Assembly (NCBI GenBank): GCA_044866775.1
Contig: JBIOUG010000136.1
Span: forward strand, 7,709 to 71,708
DNA: 64,000 bases
Direction of reading: 5' to 3'
From: Thermoanaerobaculia bacterium
GTDB lineage: Bacteria > Acidobacteriota > Thermoanaerobaculia > Multivoradales > UBA5704
Positions 1 to 9,298 of this stretch are shown in pieces. Position numbers and translations under genes: made by a program. Position 1 is the stretch's first letter, and the number at the start of each line of letters is the position of its first letter. The notes under the pieces were generated by a model that was given only the letters and a program-made list of their open reading frames with translations, searched no databases and was not told the origin of the DNA.

Positions 1-224
1 AGGGCGATCTCGGGTGCGATTACAACACCGCCGACGAGGTGCTCTACCTGCTCTTCGACGTCGGGTTGATGCCGGAGGAGGTCGTGGCGCGCGGCTACGA
101 CGAGACGTGCGTGCGGCACCTCGTCAACCTCGAGCGCCAGAACCGCTACAAGCGGCGGCTGATGCTGATCGCGCGGCTGTCGGGGAGCGCGATCAACCTG
201 GATCAAGAGATTCCCAGAGACTGA
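1..224 (+). CDS. nadE: NAD+ synthetase, C-terminal fragment (5' end lies outside the window)
   Basis: Frame 3 is open from the window edge (GDLGCDYNTADEVLYLLFD...). The tail ...ERQNRYKRRL... resembles the NadE C-terminus. Track ORF 39..224 is its last 61 aa. Confidence 0.5.
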   Translation, partial: GDLGCDYNTADEVLYLLFDVGLMPEEVVARGYDETCVRHLVNLERQNRYKRRLMLIARLSGSAINLDQEIPRD

Positions 225-227
225 GCG

Positions 228-950
228 ATGGCCGGCACCCTGCTGGTCGTCGCCACGCCGATCGGCAACCTCGACGACCTCTCGCCGCGGGCGCGCGAGG
301 CCTTCGAGCGCGCCGACCTGGTGGCCTGCGAAGACACCCGCCACACCGGGCGCCTGCTCGCGCAGCTCGGGATCAAGAAGCCGCTCGTCTCGCTCCACGA
401 GCACAACGAGCGGCAGCGGCTGCCGCGGCTTCTCGGCGAGCTGGCCGCGGGGCGGACGATCGCGGTCGCGAGCGACGCCGGCACGCCGCTCCTCTCCGAT
501 CCCGGGTATCTGCTGGTGCGCGAGGCGGCGGCGCAGGGGGCGCGGGTCGAGGCGATTCCCGGCCCGTCGGCGGTGCTCGCGGCGCTCGTCGTCTCGGGTC
601 TGCCGCCCTACCCCTTCACCTTCGCCGGCTTCCCGCCGCCCAAGCCGGGACGGCGGCGCGCTTTCTACCGCCGGCTCGCCGCGCTCGGGCACACGGTCGT
701 GGTCTTCGAGTCGCCGCACCGCCTCCTCGCGAGCCTCGACGACGCGCTCGCCGAGCTGGGCGACCGCCCGGCGGCGGTCGGGCGCGAGCTGACGAAGCTG
801 CACGAGGAGGTGCTGCGGGGGCGGCTCGCGGACATCGCGGCCGCCCTACGCCGCCGACCGGCTCTCAGGGGGGAATACGTGGTGGTCGTCGGCGGCGAGG
901 GCGGCCGGGAAGAGGAACGTTCAGTCGTGGCGGAAGCGGTGGAGACGTAG
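228..950 (+). CDS. rsmI: 16S rRNA (cytidine1402-2'-O)-methyltransferase
   Basis: LLVVATPIGNLDDLSPRA...ACEDTRHTGRLL...ASDAGTPLLSDPGY...FESPHRL is the typical RsmI/tetrapyrrole-methylase fold signature. 240 aa. Confidence 0.9.
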   Translation: MAGTLLVVATPIGNLDDLSPRAREAFERADLVACEDTRHTGRLLAQLGIKKPLVSLHEHNERQRLPRLLGELAAGRTIAVASDAGTPLLSDPGYLLVREAAAQGARVEAIPGPSAVLAALVVSGLPPYPFTFAGFPPPKPGRRRAFYRRLAALGHTVVVFESPHRLLASLDDALAELGDRPAAVGRELTKLHEEVLRGRLADIAAALRRRPALRGEYVVVVGGEGGREEERSVVAEAVET

Positions 951-1151
951 CCAGGAGCGGGCGAAGACGACGAGCGGCGGTAGCGCGAGACAGGCGGCGA
1001 TGCCGCCGATCAGCGCGACCATGTACTGCCCCCAGTCGATCTGTCGCGGGCCGAAGGAGTAGAGGCTCACCGCGATGCCCCACACCACCGCGGCCGCGGC
1101 GCCGAGGGTCAGCGCGAAATCCTTCTGCTCGGGCGCGAGCTGCGCGATCAC
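921..1151 (-). CDS. small hydrophobic membrane protein, unknown function
   Basis: GTG start at 1151 is preceded by GGAAGGAGGAAG (a strong SD) about 7 nt upstream. It has two predicted TM stretches and G/C-rich third codon positions. It overlaps the rsmI 3' end by 30 nt in convergent orientation. Confidence 0.5.
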   Translation of the reverse strand: MIAQLAPEQKDFALTLGAAAAVVWGIAVSLYSFGPRQIDWGQYMVALIGGIAACLALPPLVVFARSWLRLHRFRHD

Positions 1152-1167
1152 CGGACTTCCTCCTTCC

Positions 1168-1191
1168 CGAAAAAGAGCAGGTCGACCTGCT
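1168..1191 (-). terminator. intrinsic-terminator-like hairpin downstream of the sulfatase-like gene
   Basis: The perfect 16-nt palindrome AGCAGGTCGACCTGCT (1176-1191) is followed on the minus strand by CTTTTTC. Confidence 0.45.
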
Positions 1192-1376
1192 ACAAAGGTG
1201 CGGGGGCTCGGAACCCCGCGCGTGATGAGAAGGGCAAGGCGCGTGCCAGACGGGTAAGAGGGGGTGATGAGCGGTGTGCCCTGGGAAGGGCGGGTGGCGG
1301 CGCGGGCGGAATGCGCCCGCGAGTGGTGCTTTAGTGCACGGCGCGATGTAAGACCGGCGTACCAAGCCGCCGTCAG

Positions 1377-3602
1377 CTAGCGCAGGTACCCGAGCGACCG
1401 CAGCTTGGTGATGTGGTTCCACTCGAGATAGGTGGCGCCGAGCGATTCGTCGCCGGCGAGAAAGCGGCGGCGGGCGGCGGCGCGGGCGGCGAGCTCGCGC
1501 TCGCCCCAGGCGCGCAGCGCGGCGGCGACCGCGGGCTCGGCGGCGGCGCGGTTGGCGGCCTCGCCCGGGTCGGCGGCGAGGCTGTAGAGCTCGAGCGGGA
1601 GCCCGGGCTGGCGCGGGACGATGAGCTTCCACGGCCCGCGGCGCACCGCCCAGCGCTCCGGACCGTGGAGGATGACGTCGGCCATGAGCGCCGGGCGCGG
1701 CAGCGGGCGGCCGGCGAGGCCGGCCGAGAGGTCGCTCCCCTGCGACGGCGGCGGCTCGACGCCGACGAGCTTGAGGAGGGTCGGGAAGAAGTCGGCGATC
1801 CGTACCGGCGCTTCGACCACGCCCGGCGGAAGCCCCGGCGCGCGCAAGATGCCGGGGACGTGCAGCAGCTCCTGGTAGTGCGTGTGGCCGTGGTCGGCAT
1901 TGGTCTCGTAGCCGCCCGCCTGTTCCTGCGGCAGGCGCGTCCAGAACTCCTCGCCGTGGTCGGAGAGGACAAGGAGCACGGTGTCCTCGGCCATGCCCAG
2001 CTCCTCGAGCCCGTCGAGGAAGCGCCCGACGGCGCGGTCGGTCGCCGCCACCTCGGCCCGGTAGAGCGCCTCGTGCCACCGCCGGTCGCGCGGCGGCGGG
2101 ATCGGGTTCTCCGGCCGGCGGTCGGCGGCGCAACCGAGCGGCCCCCGGTACGCGGGTAGCAGCCGGCGCGCGACGCGCGCGCAGTCCGCGGCCGGCGGCT
2201 CGTAAGGGTTGTGCGGATCGAAGAGGTGGAGGTAGAGGAAGAGCCGCCGCTCGTCGCCATAGCGCTCGAGCCGCGCCAGCGTCTCCTCGACCAGCACCCC
2301 CGCCCGCTCCTCGCGCGAGACGTACTCGTCGAACCCCTGCTGCAGCCCGAAGGCCGGGTTGACGTAGATGTTGTGGTAGACGCCGAGGTTGTAGAAGCCG
2401 GCGCCGCGCAGCGTCTCGGCGAGCGTCCGCGCGCCGCCGGACAGGCCGGTGGGAGCGAACTCGCCGAAGCGGCGACCCGCGCCGTGCGTCTGCGGCTCGA
2501 GGCCGGTCATCAGCGTCGCGACCGCGGGCAGAGTCCAGGGCGAGGGCGTCGACAGGTCGGCGAAGCGAATGCCTTCCCGGGCCAGCCGATCGAGGTTCGG
2601 CGTCAGCCCCGTGCGGTCCCCATAGGCGCCCACGACGTCGGCGCGCAACGTGTCGATCAGCAGCACGACCAGATGCGGCCCCGCCCGCCGCCCCGCCGCC
2701 ACGAGGACGGGATCGCCCCACAGCGCCACACCTTCGGGCAGCGGCCGCCCGCCCCGCCGCGCCTCCACCTCGAGCACCACCCGCCCGCCCGCCCGCGCCG
2801 CCGGCGGCAGCTCTTCGGCGACCCGCCGCCAGCCTGCCCGCTTCCCGCCGCCGCCGAGCCGCGTCTCGAACCACGGCCGCCGCGCGCCCCCGCTCTCGAC
2901 GAAGGCGCGGAAGGTCGCGGTCACCCCCGCCCGATCGAACTCCGGCACCAGCCCGAGCCGCGTCTCGAACCGCGCGCCGCGCGGCAGACCGCCGGGCAGG
3001 TCGATCGCAACCGAAGACAGCCCCGGCAGGGAGGGAAGACATTCCCCTTCGAGGCACATCAGCCGATAGGCGTCGGCGGCCGGCCACCCGCTCAATCCCA
3101 GGAGCTCCGCCTTCCCGCCCGTGACCGACAGCCGCAGCGCCGCCACCCTCCCGGTCCAGTACGGCTCGCGCCCCAGCTCGACGTCGTACGAGTGCTCCCG
3201 CCCATCCGCCAGCAGCGGAAACGAGAGCGTCCGATAGGGCAAGAATCCCCGATCCTGCGCCAGCCGCCAAGACAAGGTCGCCAGCCGCGCATCCCCCCGC
3301 GCCACCACCGTCACCCGCGCCACCCGCGCCGCCGACAGCTCCGCCGGAATCACCCGTGGCCGGCCATCGACCACCCCACCCGCCGGCAGCTCGACCACCC
3401 CCCCCGGCGGCGCTTTGATGAGATCGCCCATCCGGATCAGACACTGCGGTTCGCGCTGGCAGGCACTGAGGAAGAGGAGGCAGCTCAAGAAGAGAAGCCC
3501 CGGGACCGCCGCGCTCCGGGTGCGCTCCTCTCCGGGAACGGCGCGCGCTTCTGTTGCCTGCGGGATCTGAGGCGCGCGCCTCGGCTTCGCTCCGCGCGTC
3601 AT
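1377..3602 (-). CDS. sulfatase-like hydrolase/transferase (alkaline-phosphatase superfamily) lipoprotein with an N-terminal domain of unknown function
   Basis: I trimmed the start to the ATG at 3602 (MTRGAKP...). Lipobox-like LLFLSAC. VVLLIDTLRADVVGAYG...TPNLDRLAREGIRF...LVLSDHGEEF is a sulfatase-type core. The track ORF start at 3944 reads through REP repeats. Confidence 0.8.
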   Translation of the reverse strand: MTRGAKPRRAPQIPQATEARAVPGEERTRSAAVPGLLFLSCLLFLSACQREPQCLIRMGDLIKAPPGGVVELPAGGVVDGRPRVIPAELSAARVARVTVVARGDARLATLSWRLAQDRGFLPYRTLSFPLLADGREHSYDVELGREPYWTGRVAALRLSVTGGKAELLGLSGWPAADAYRLMCLEGECLPSLPGLSSVAIDLPGGLPRGARFETRLGLVPEFDRAGVTATFRAFVESGGARRPWFETRLGGGGKRAGWRRVAEELPPAARAGGRVVLEVEARRGGRPLPEGVALWGDPVLVAAGRRAGPHLVVLLIDTLRADVVGAYGDRTGLTPNLDRLAREGIRFADLSTPSPWTLPAVATLMTGLEPQTHGAGRRFGEFAPTGLSGGARTLAETLRGAGFYNLGVYHNIYVNPAFGLQQGFDEYVSREERAGVLVEETLARLERYGDERRLFLYLHLFDPHNPYEPPAADCARVARRLLPAYRGPLGCAADRRPENPIPPPRDRRWHEALYRAEVAATDRAVGRFLDGLEELGMAEDTVLLVLSDHGEEFWTRLPQEQAGGYETNADHGHTHYQELLHVPGILRAPGLPPGVVEAPVRIADFFPTLLKLVGVEPPPSQGSDLSAGLAGRPLPRPALMADVILHGPERWAVRRGPWKLIVPRQPGLPLELYSLAADPGEAANRAAAEPAVAAALRAWGERELAARAAARRRFLAGDESLGATYLEWNHITKLRSLGYLR

Positions 3603-3744
3603 CGTTCGTGGCCTTCGGCGTTCATTGCCAGGCGCTGCGCTCAGACGTCCCTCCGTGGAGCGCACCCGGAGCGCTACCGTCGTGGTACATCGCCCCCACC
3701 GGACTCGTTCTTCCCTCGGGGCCTGTGGAGGACTCAGGCTGGTC

Positions 3745-3778
3745 TCCGAAAACGCCCGGGACGTGGCCCGGGCGCTAC
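3745..3778 (+). repeat. REP-like 34-nt hairpin repeat (type 1, forward)
   Basis: TCCGAAAA-CGCCCGGG-ACGTGG-CCCGGGCG-CTAC; 8-bp stem, 6-nt loop. Confidence 0.9.
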
Positions 3779-3801
3779 AGGAACCCTGCGGTGGTTGTGA
3801 C

Positions 3802-3833
3802 GTAGCGCCCGGCCTACGTGCCGGGCGTTTTCG
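3802..3833 (-). repeat. REP-like hairpin repeat (type 2, inverted copy, paired with 3745..3778)
   Basis: GTAG-CGCCCGGC-CTACGT-GCCGGGCG-TTTTCG. The closing stem pair is swapped G:C to C:G relative to type 1. Confidence 0.9.
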
Positions 3834-4072
3834 CACAATGCTCAAGATGACATCGGCCCGTTTGTGTCCACAGACGGTAGCCCTCCGGCGTGCGCTCTCT
3901 GGAGGCACGTGTGAGCGAGCGCTGGCAAGCCCCCTCGCAGTCACGAGCGTGTTGGCGCGAAGCGAACCCGAGGCGGGCGCCTCAGATCAGAAGTCCTCAG
4001 AGCGCCCGCCGGTGCCGGAGGGGAGCGCACGTCGGAGGGCGGTGGTTGCTCGCACGCCGGGGATCACGGGAT

Positions 4073-5167
4073 CTACAACCGCCCGGTGATCCAGCATCCA
4101 CCCAACACGCGCGTACCCTGATAGAAGACGGCGGCCTGGCCAGGAGTCACGCCGCGCTGCGGATTCGCGAACTCGACCTCGGCAGAACCACCGACGCCAG
4201 ATCGGATGCGGGCAGCGACGCCCGGATGCCGCGAGCGGATCTTCACCGTCGCCTCGACCTCGCCACCCGGCGCCGGACCGATCCAGTGCAGCCGCTCGCC
4301 GACGAGCCCGGGCGCCATCAGCTCTTCCTCTTCGCCGACCACCACCCGGTTCGCCTCCGCCTCGATCCCGAGCACGTAGAGCGGCCGCCGCGCCGCCACC
4401 CCGAGCCCCCGCCGCTGCCCCACCGTGTAGCGATAGAACGGCTCCCCGCGCCCCAGCTCCTCGCCGCCGCTCGTCACCACCGCCGCCGGCTCCCCCAACG
4501 GAACCGCCATCGCATAGCGCTCCGGGTCCGCCGCCACCTGCCCCTCGACGAACTCCCGCACGCCGCCCGCGACGAAGCACACCTCCATGCTCTCGCCCTT
4601 CCCCGCCACCACCAGCCCCGCCGCGCGCGCGATCCCCCGCGCCTCCGTCTTGCTCATCCCGCCGAGCGGGAAGAGCGAGCGCGCGAGCTGCTCCCGGGTG
4701 AGCTCGAAGAGGTAGTAGCTCTGGTCCTTCTCGGCGACGGCCGCGGCGTGCAGCTCCGGCCCCTCCGGCCCCTCGACGATCCGCGCGTAGTGCCCCGTCG
4801 CCACCCGCTCGGCGCCGAGGAGGCGCGCCCGCTCGAGCAACAGGTCGAACTTGATCCAGGTGTTGCAGCGCACGCACGGGCTCGGCGTGCGGCCGGCGAG
4901 GTAGTCGGCGACGAACGGCTCGACCACCTGCCGCCGGAACTCGGCGTCGAGGCGCAGCGTGTAGTGCGGGATGCCGACCTGCTGCGCCACGCGCCGCGCG
5001 TCGCCCAAGTCGAGGGCGCCGCAGCAGCGGCCGTGCACCGCCTCCTCCGAGCGGTCCCAGAGGAGCATCGAGAGCCCGACGACCGGCGCGCCGCCGCGGG
5101 CCAGCAGGAGCGCGGCGACCGAGGAGTCGAGCCCGCCGCTCATCGCGACGGCGATGCGCCCGCTCAC
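4073..5167 (-). CDS. mnmA: tRNA 2-thiouridine(34) synthase
   Basis: I set the start at the GTG at 5167 ([17 protein letters not shown] is the PP-loop). [14 protein letters not shown]...[13 protein letters not shown]...ATGHYAR match MnmA. Confidence 0.9.
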   Translation of the reverse strand: MSGRIAVAMSGGLDSSVAALLLARGGAPVVGLSMLLWDRSEEAVHGRCCGALDLGDARRVAQQVGIPHYTLRLDAEFRRQVVEPFVADYLAGRTPSPCVRCNTWIKFDLLLERARLLGAERVATGHYARIVEGPEGPELHAAAVAEKDQSYYLFELTREQLARSLFPLGGMSKTEARGIARAAGLVVAGKGESMEVCFVAGGVREFVEGQVAADPERYAMAVPLGEPAAVVTSGGEELGRGEPFYRYTVGQRRGLGVAARRPLYVLGIEAEANRVVVGEEEELMAPGLVGERLHWIGPAPGGEVEATVKIRSRHPGVAARIRSGVGGSAEVEFANPQRGVTPGQAAVFYQGTRVLGGCWITGRL

Positions 5168-5186
5168 CGCGCCGCCTCGGGGGTGT

Positions 5187-5220
5187 ACCGAAAACGCCCG
5201 GGACGTAGCCCGGGCGCTAC
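5187..5220 (+). repeat. REP-like hairpin repeat (type 1)
   Basis: ACCGAAAACGCCCGGGACGTAGCCCGGGCGCTAC, located between the desulfurase stop and the mnmA start. Confidence 0.9.
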
Positions 5221-5259
5221 GGGCCACCGGTGCATGCCGGCGGGCAGATCTGCCCGCGC

Positions 5260-6438
5260 TCACCGCACCGCCCCCGCGCCGGCCGCGGCCTCGGAGCGCC
5301 TCGTCATCGTCCTGACCGCCGCCACCTCGCGCTCCAGCGCTTCGAGGAACGCATCCACCTCCGCCTCGGTGTTGGCGATCCCGAAACTCACCCGCAGCGA
5401 CGAGAGCGCCGCCGCGCGCGGGAACCCCGCGGCGAGCAGGGTGTGCGACGGCTCGACCGCCCCCGAGGCGCAGGCCGAGCCGGTCGAGACGGCGAAGCCG
5501 GCGAGGTCGAGCCGGATCATCAGCGCCTCGCCGTCGGCGCCGGGCAGCTCGACGTGCGAGGTGTTGGGCAGGCGCGGCGAGCCGGCGCAGTGGACGGCCG
5601 CGCCCGGGATGCGCGCGAGGCCCGTCTCGAAGCGGTCGCGCAGCGCGGCGAGCTTCGCGGTGCGGCCGTCGCCCTCCTCGTAGGCCGCCGCCGCGGCCGC
5701 GCCCAGGCCGACCAGCGCCGGCACGTTCTCCGTCCCGGCGCGGCGCCGCCGCTCCTGGCCGCCGCCGACCAGGAGGCCCGCGAGCTCGACGCCCTTGCGC
5801 ACCCACAGCGCCGCCGCCCCGAGCGGACCGTAGAACTTGTGCGCGCCGATGGTGAGGAAATCGACCCCGAGCGCCGCGACGTCGACCGGCACCTTGCCGG
5901 CCGCCTGCACCGCATCGCAGAGGACCGGCAGGCCGCGCTCGCGGCAGACCCGCGCCACCTCGGCGACCGGCTGGAGGGTGCCGAGCTCGTTGTGGGCGAG
6001 CATCAGGCAGACGAGGCGCGTCTCGGCCGTCAGCGCCGCCGCGACCGCCGCGGCGGGGACGACGCCGTCGCCCCGAGGGGACACGGTGACGACGCGCATG
6101 CCGCGCCGGGCGAGGCGCGCCGCGCCCTCGCGGACCGAGGGGTGCTCGAGCGCCGAGACCACGATCTCGCCCTGGAAGCCGGCCCGCTCGGCGATGCCGA
6201 AGAGGACGGCGTTGTTGGCCTCGGTGCCGCTCGCCGTGAAGACGATCTCCGGCGGGCGGGCGCCGAGGAGGACCGCCACCTCCTCCCGGGCCACCTCGAC
6301 CGCGTTACGCGCCGCCTGGCCGAAGCGGTGGCGCGAGGAGGGGTTCCCCCACTGCCCGCCGAGCCAGGGGAGCATGGCGTGGCGCGCCCGCGGGTGGAGC
6401 GGCGTGGTGGCGTTGTGGTCGAGGTACACCGGTTGCAT
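5260..6438 (-). CDS. cysteine desulfurase (NifS/IscS class V aminotransferase)
   Basis: YLDHNATTP...[10 protein letters not shown]...[17 protein letters not shown]...STGSACASG covers the PLP lysine and the active-site Cys loop. It sits directly upstream of mnmA. Confidence 0.9.
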   Translation of the reverse strand: MQPVYLDHNATTPLHPRARHAMLPWLGGQWGNPSSRHRFGQAARNAVEVAREEVAVLLGARPPEIVFTASGTEANNAVLFGIAERAGFQGEIVVSALEHPSVREGAARLARRGMRVVTVSPRGDGVVPAAAVAAALTAETRLVCLMLAHNELGTLQPVAEVARVCRERGLPVLCDAVQAAGKVPVDVAALGVDFLTIGAHKFYGPLGAAALWVRKGVELAGLLVGGGQERRRRAGTENVPALVGLGAAAAAAYEEGDGRTAKLAALRDRFETGLARIPGAAVHCAGSPRLPNTSHVELPGADGEALMIRLDLAGFAVSTGSACASGAVEPSHTLLAAGFPRAAALSSLRVSFGIANTEAEVDAFLEALEREVAAVRTMTRRSEAAAGAGAVR

Positions 6439-6534
6439 GGCGGCTGTATTCTAGTGAGGTCTGCGCCTTGTGGCTCGACCTCCCTTCGGTCACTATCTGG
6501 GAGGAACCGTCTCTCGTGTGCCGTCGGATGTCCT

Positions 6535-6568
6535 CCCGAAAACGCCCGGGACGTAGCCCGGGCGCTAC
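6535..6568 (+). repeat. REP-like hairpin repeat (type 1)
   Basis: CCCGAAAACGCCCGGGACGTAGCCCGGGCGCTAC, in the divergent intergenic region. Confidence 0.9.
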
Positions 6569-6589
6569 GAACTGCATGACGAACCGCTG

Positions 6590-9121
6590 ATGACCCCACG
6601 CTCGCGCCTCGTTACCGCACTCTCCGCCCTCGCCCTGCTGGCCCTCCTCGCCGCTCCGGCCCCGGCGGCCGCGGCCGACAAGCTCTCGCGCAAGGAACGC
6701 AAGGAGCTGGCCGCGACGGCGGCGAAGCTGCCGGAGAAGTACCGCGCCTGGTACGAAGAGGTGGATTACATCCTCACCGACGAGGAGCGGGCGGCCTTCC
6801 TCGCCCTCGAGAAGGACTACCAGCGCGACGCCTTCATCCAGCGCTTCTGGGCGGCGCGCGACCCCTTCCCGGACACGGCGCGCAACGAGTTCAAGGACCG
6901 CTGGAGCGAGCGCGTGGCCCTCGCGCGCTCGGAGTTCGGGGCGCTCGACGACGCGCGCGGCAAGATGCTGCTCACCAACGGGCCGCCGCTGGCGCGCATC
7001 GTCTCGACGTGCAACACCATCCTCTGGCCGGTCGAGGTCTGGTACTACCGCGGCAGCGAGACGGTGGGGTTCGAGTTCTTCCTCGTCTTCTACAAGCGCT
7101 GGGGAGCGGGGAAGTTCCGGCTCTGGGAGCCTTCCGAGGGGCTCGACGCCCTGTTCCAGGACGGCCAGCGAAGCGCGAACGTGCAGGCGATCTACGACGG
7201 CTGCATGGACGGCGACAAGCTCGCCGCCGGCATCGGCTGGGTGGCGCGGCAGGGCTTCCACTCCTACGCCGTCATCCTGTCGAAGGTCGAGACGCGGCCC
7301 GAGGCGCCGAAGGGCGAGTGGGTCTCGACCTTCAAGTCCTACTCGACCGACCTCGCCGAGGGCACGGCGACCTTCCCGGCCCGCGTCGCCCTCGAGTATC
7401 CCGGACGGCACCAGGCGCGCACGGTCGTGCAGGGGGTGGTCACCGTGCCGGTCTCCGAGGCGACGGCGGTCCAGCTCGGCGAGTTCCGCTCCTACAACTT
7501 CGTGCTCACCGGCGAGATGCTCCAGGGAGGGCAGCTCTTCGAGAGCTTCCGCTACAAGTTCGACTTCCCGGTCGAGGAGGTGACCGGCGAGTCGCTGGCG
7601 ATGATCTTCGAGCGCAGCCTGCGGCCCGGCGACTACACCCTGACGCTCAAGCTCGAGGACGTCAACGGCAAGCGCTTCTTCCGCGAGGAGAGGCAGCTCG
7701 CCGTGCCGCAGGTCGCGGGCGGGATGCCGCCGCTGCCGCCGGCCGACGCCGAGAGCGCGCGCCTCCTCGCCGAGGCCAACGCCGCGATCACGACCGGCGA
7801 CCGCACGATCCAGTTGATCGAGCCGCACGGCGACCTCCACACCGGCATGCTGCGCTTCGAGACCATGACGACCGGCACCGGCATCGAGAAGGTGACCTTC
7901 GAGCTCGACGGCAAGCCGCTCTTGACCAAGAAGAAGCCGCCCTACAGCGTCGAGCTCGACCTGGGGTCGCTGCCGCGCACCCACCTCCTCTCGGCGGTCG
8001 CCTTCGACGCCGCCGGCGCCGAGCTGGCGCGCGACGAGCTGACGTTGAACGCCGGCGGCCACCGCTTCGCGGTCGATCTCGTCGAGCCGCGGCGGGGCAA
8101 GCGCTACGAGAACAGCCTGCGCGCCGAGGCCGAGGTGCAGGTGCCGGAGGGGCAGGCGGTCGAGCGGGTCGAGTTCTACTTGAACGAGACGCTGATCGCG
8201 ACCCTCTACCAGGCGCCCTACGCGCAGCCCATCCTGCTGCCCAAGGATGCGGACCTCGCCTACGTGCGCGCCGTCGCCTACCTGGCCGACGGCAACTCGA
8301 CCGAGGACACGGTCTTCGTCAACGCGCCCGACTACCTCGACGAGCTGGCCATCGAGTTCGTCGAGCTCTACACGACGGTCGTGGACCGCCAGGGGCACCC
8401 GGTCGCGGGGCTCGGCAAGGGCGACTTCACGGTCGTCGAGGACGGGGTCAGGCAGGAGATCGCGCGCTTCGAGACGGTGAGCGACCGGCCCTACCACGCG
8501 GCGGTGCTGCTCGACGTTTCGGCGTCAATGGAGCCGGAGATGGAGCGCGCCCAGAACGCGGCGCTGCGCTTCTTCGAGCAGGCGGTGCGGCCCAAGGACC
8601 GGGCGGCGGTCATCACCTTCAACGACCGGCCGGCCCTCGGCGCCAAGTTCACCAGCGACCAGAAGTCGCTCGCCGCCGCCCTCGCCGGGCTCAAGGCCGA
8701 GCGCGGCACGTCGCTCTACGACAGCATCATCTTCAGCCTCTACTACTTCAACGGCGTCAAGGGGCAGAAGGCGGTGATCCTGCTCTCGGACGGCAAGGAC
8801 GAGTCGAGCCGCTTCACCTACGAGGACGCGCTCGAGTACGCGCGCCGGGCGGGGGTGACGGTCTACGCCATCGGCCTCGGCGAGGACGTGGACAAGAAGA
8901 AGCTCACCCGCCTCGCCGAGGAGACCGGCGGCCGCGGCTTCTTCCTGAAGGACGCCTCGCAGCTCGCCGCGATCTACACCACGATCCAGCAGGAGCTGCG
9001 CTCGCAGTACCTGGTGGCCTACCAGTCCACCAACACCACCGGCGACGACTTCCGCACCGTCGACGTCAAGCTCGCACGAGGCGGCCTCGAGGCCAAGACG
9101 ATGCGGGGGTATTACCCGTAG
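6590..9121 (+). CDS. secreted GWxTD-like N-terminal domain / C-terminal von Willebrand factor A (VWA) protein
   Basis: Signal peptide. N-terminal YILTDEERAAFLALEKDYQRDAFIQRFWAARDPFPDTARNE is GWxTD-family-like. The C-terminus has AAVLLDVSASM...TSLYDSI...ILLSDGKDESS...VTVYAIGLG (VWA MIDAS pattern). Confidence 0.8.
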   Translation: MTPRSRLVTALSALALLALLAAPAPAAAADKLSRKERKELAATAAKLPEKYRAWYEEVDYILTDEERAAFLALEKDYQRDAFIQRFWAARDPFPDTARNEFKDRWSERVALARSEFGALDDARGKMLLTNGPPLARIVSTCNTILWPVEVWYYRGSETVGFEFFLVFYKRWGAGKFRLWEPSEGLDALFQDGQRSANVQAIYDGCMDGDKLAAGIGWVARQGFHSYAVILSKVETRPEAPKGEWVSTFKSYSTDLAEGTATFPARVALEYPGRHQARTVVQGVVTVPVSEATAVQLGEFRSYNFVLTGEMLQGGQLFESFRYKFDFPVEEVTGESLAMIFERSLRPGDYTLTLKLEDVNGKRFFREERQLAVPQVAGGMPPLPPADAESARLLAEANAAITTGDRTIQLIEPHGDLHTGMLRFETMTTGTGIEKVTFELDGKPLLTKKKPPYSVELDLGSLPRTHLLSAVAFDAAGAELARDELTLNAGGHRFAVDLVEPRRGKRYENSLRAEAEVQVPEGQAVERVEFYLNETLIATLYQAPYAQPILLPKDADLAYVRAVAYLADGNSTEDTVFVNAPDYLDELAIEFVELYTTVVDRQGHPVAGLGKGDFTVVEDGVRQEIARFETVSDRPYHAAVLLDVSASMEPEMERAQNAALRFFEQAVRPKDRAAVITFNDRPALGAKFTSDQKSLAAALAGLKAERGTSLYDSIIFSLYYFNGVKGQKAVILLSDGKDESSRFTYEDALEYARRAGVTVYAIGLGEDVDKKKLTRLAEETGGRGFFLKDASQLAAIYTTIQQELRSQYLVAYQSTNTTGDDFRTVDVKLARGGLEAKTMRGYYP

Positions 9122-9159
9122 GCGCAGAGGCGGCCCGCGTCGAGGCATGCGGGGCGGCT

Positions 9160-9193
9160 TCCGAAAACGCCCGGGACGTGGCCCGGGCGCTAC
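9160..9193 (+). repeat. REP-like hairpin repeat (type 1, forward half of a pair)
   Basis: TCCGAAAACGCCCGGGACGTGGCCCGGGCGCTAC. Confidence 0.9.
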
Positions 9194-9201
9194 GGAACCA
9201 C

Positions 9202-9233
9202 GTAGCGCCCGGCCTACGTGCCGGGCGTTTTCG
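9202..9233 (-). repeat. REP-like hairpin repeat (type 2, inverted half of a pair)
   Basis: GTAGCGCCCGGCCTACGTGCCGGGCGTTTTCG. On the + strand this reads hairpin plus T4, i.e. terminator-like after the upstream VWA gene. Confidence 0.9.
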
Positions 9234-9298
9234 CACCATCGCCCGATTGTCGACCCAGGTGATGACGGGTGCCAGCCACCTTGCCCGGCTCACTGCTG

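Noticed and set aside
865-3444. An 859-aa ORF, plus the similar very long ORFs 6305..8497, 9290..12394, 32355..35843, 34807..36915, 37623..41153, 21445..23412, 55153..57669 and 14..1225.
   Set aside because: Their translations are dominated by R/G/A/P runs with no recognisable motifs. Each lies antisense or out of frame to a gene with clear family signatures. At this GC content stop codons are rare in all frames, so ORF length is not evidence.
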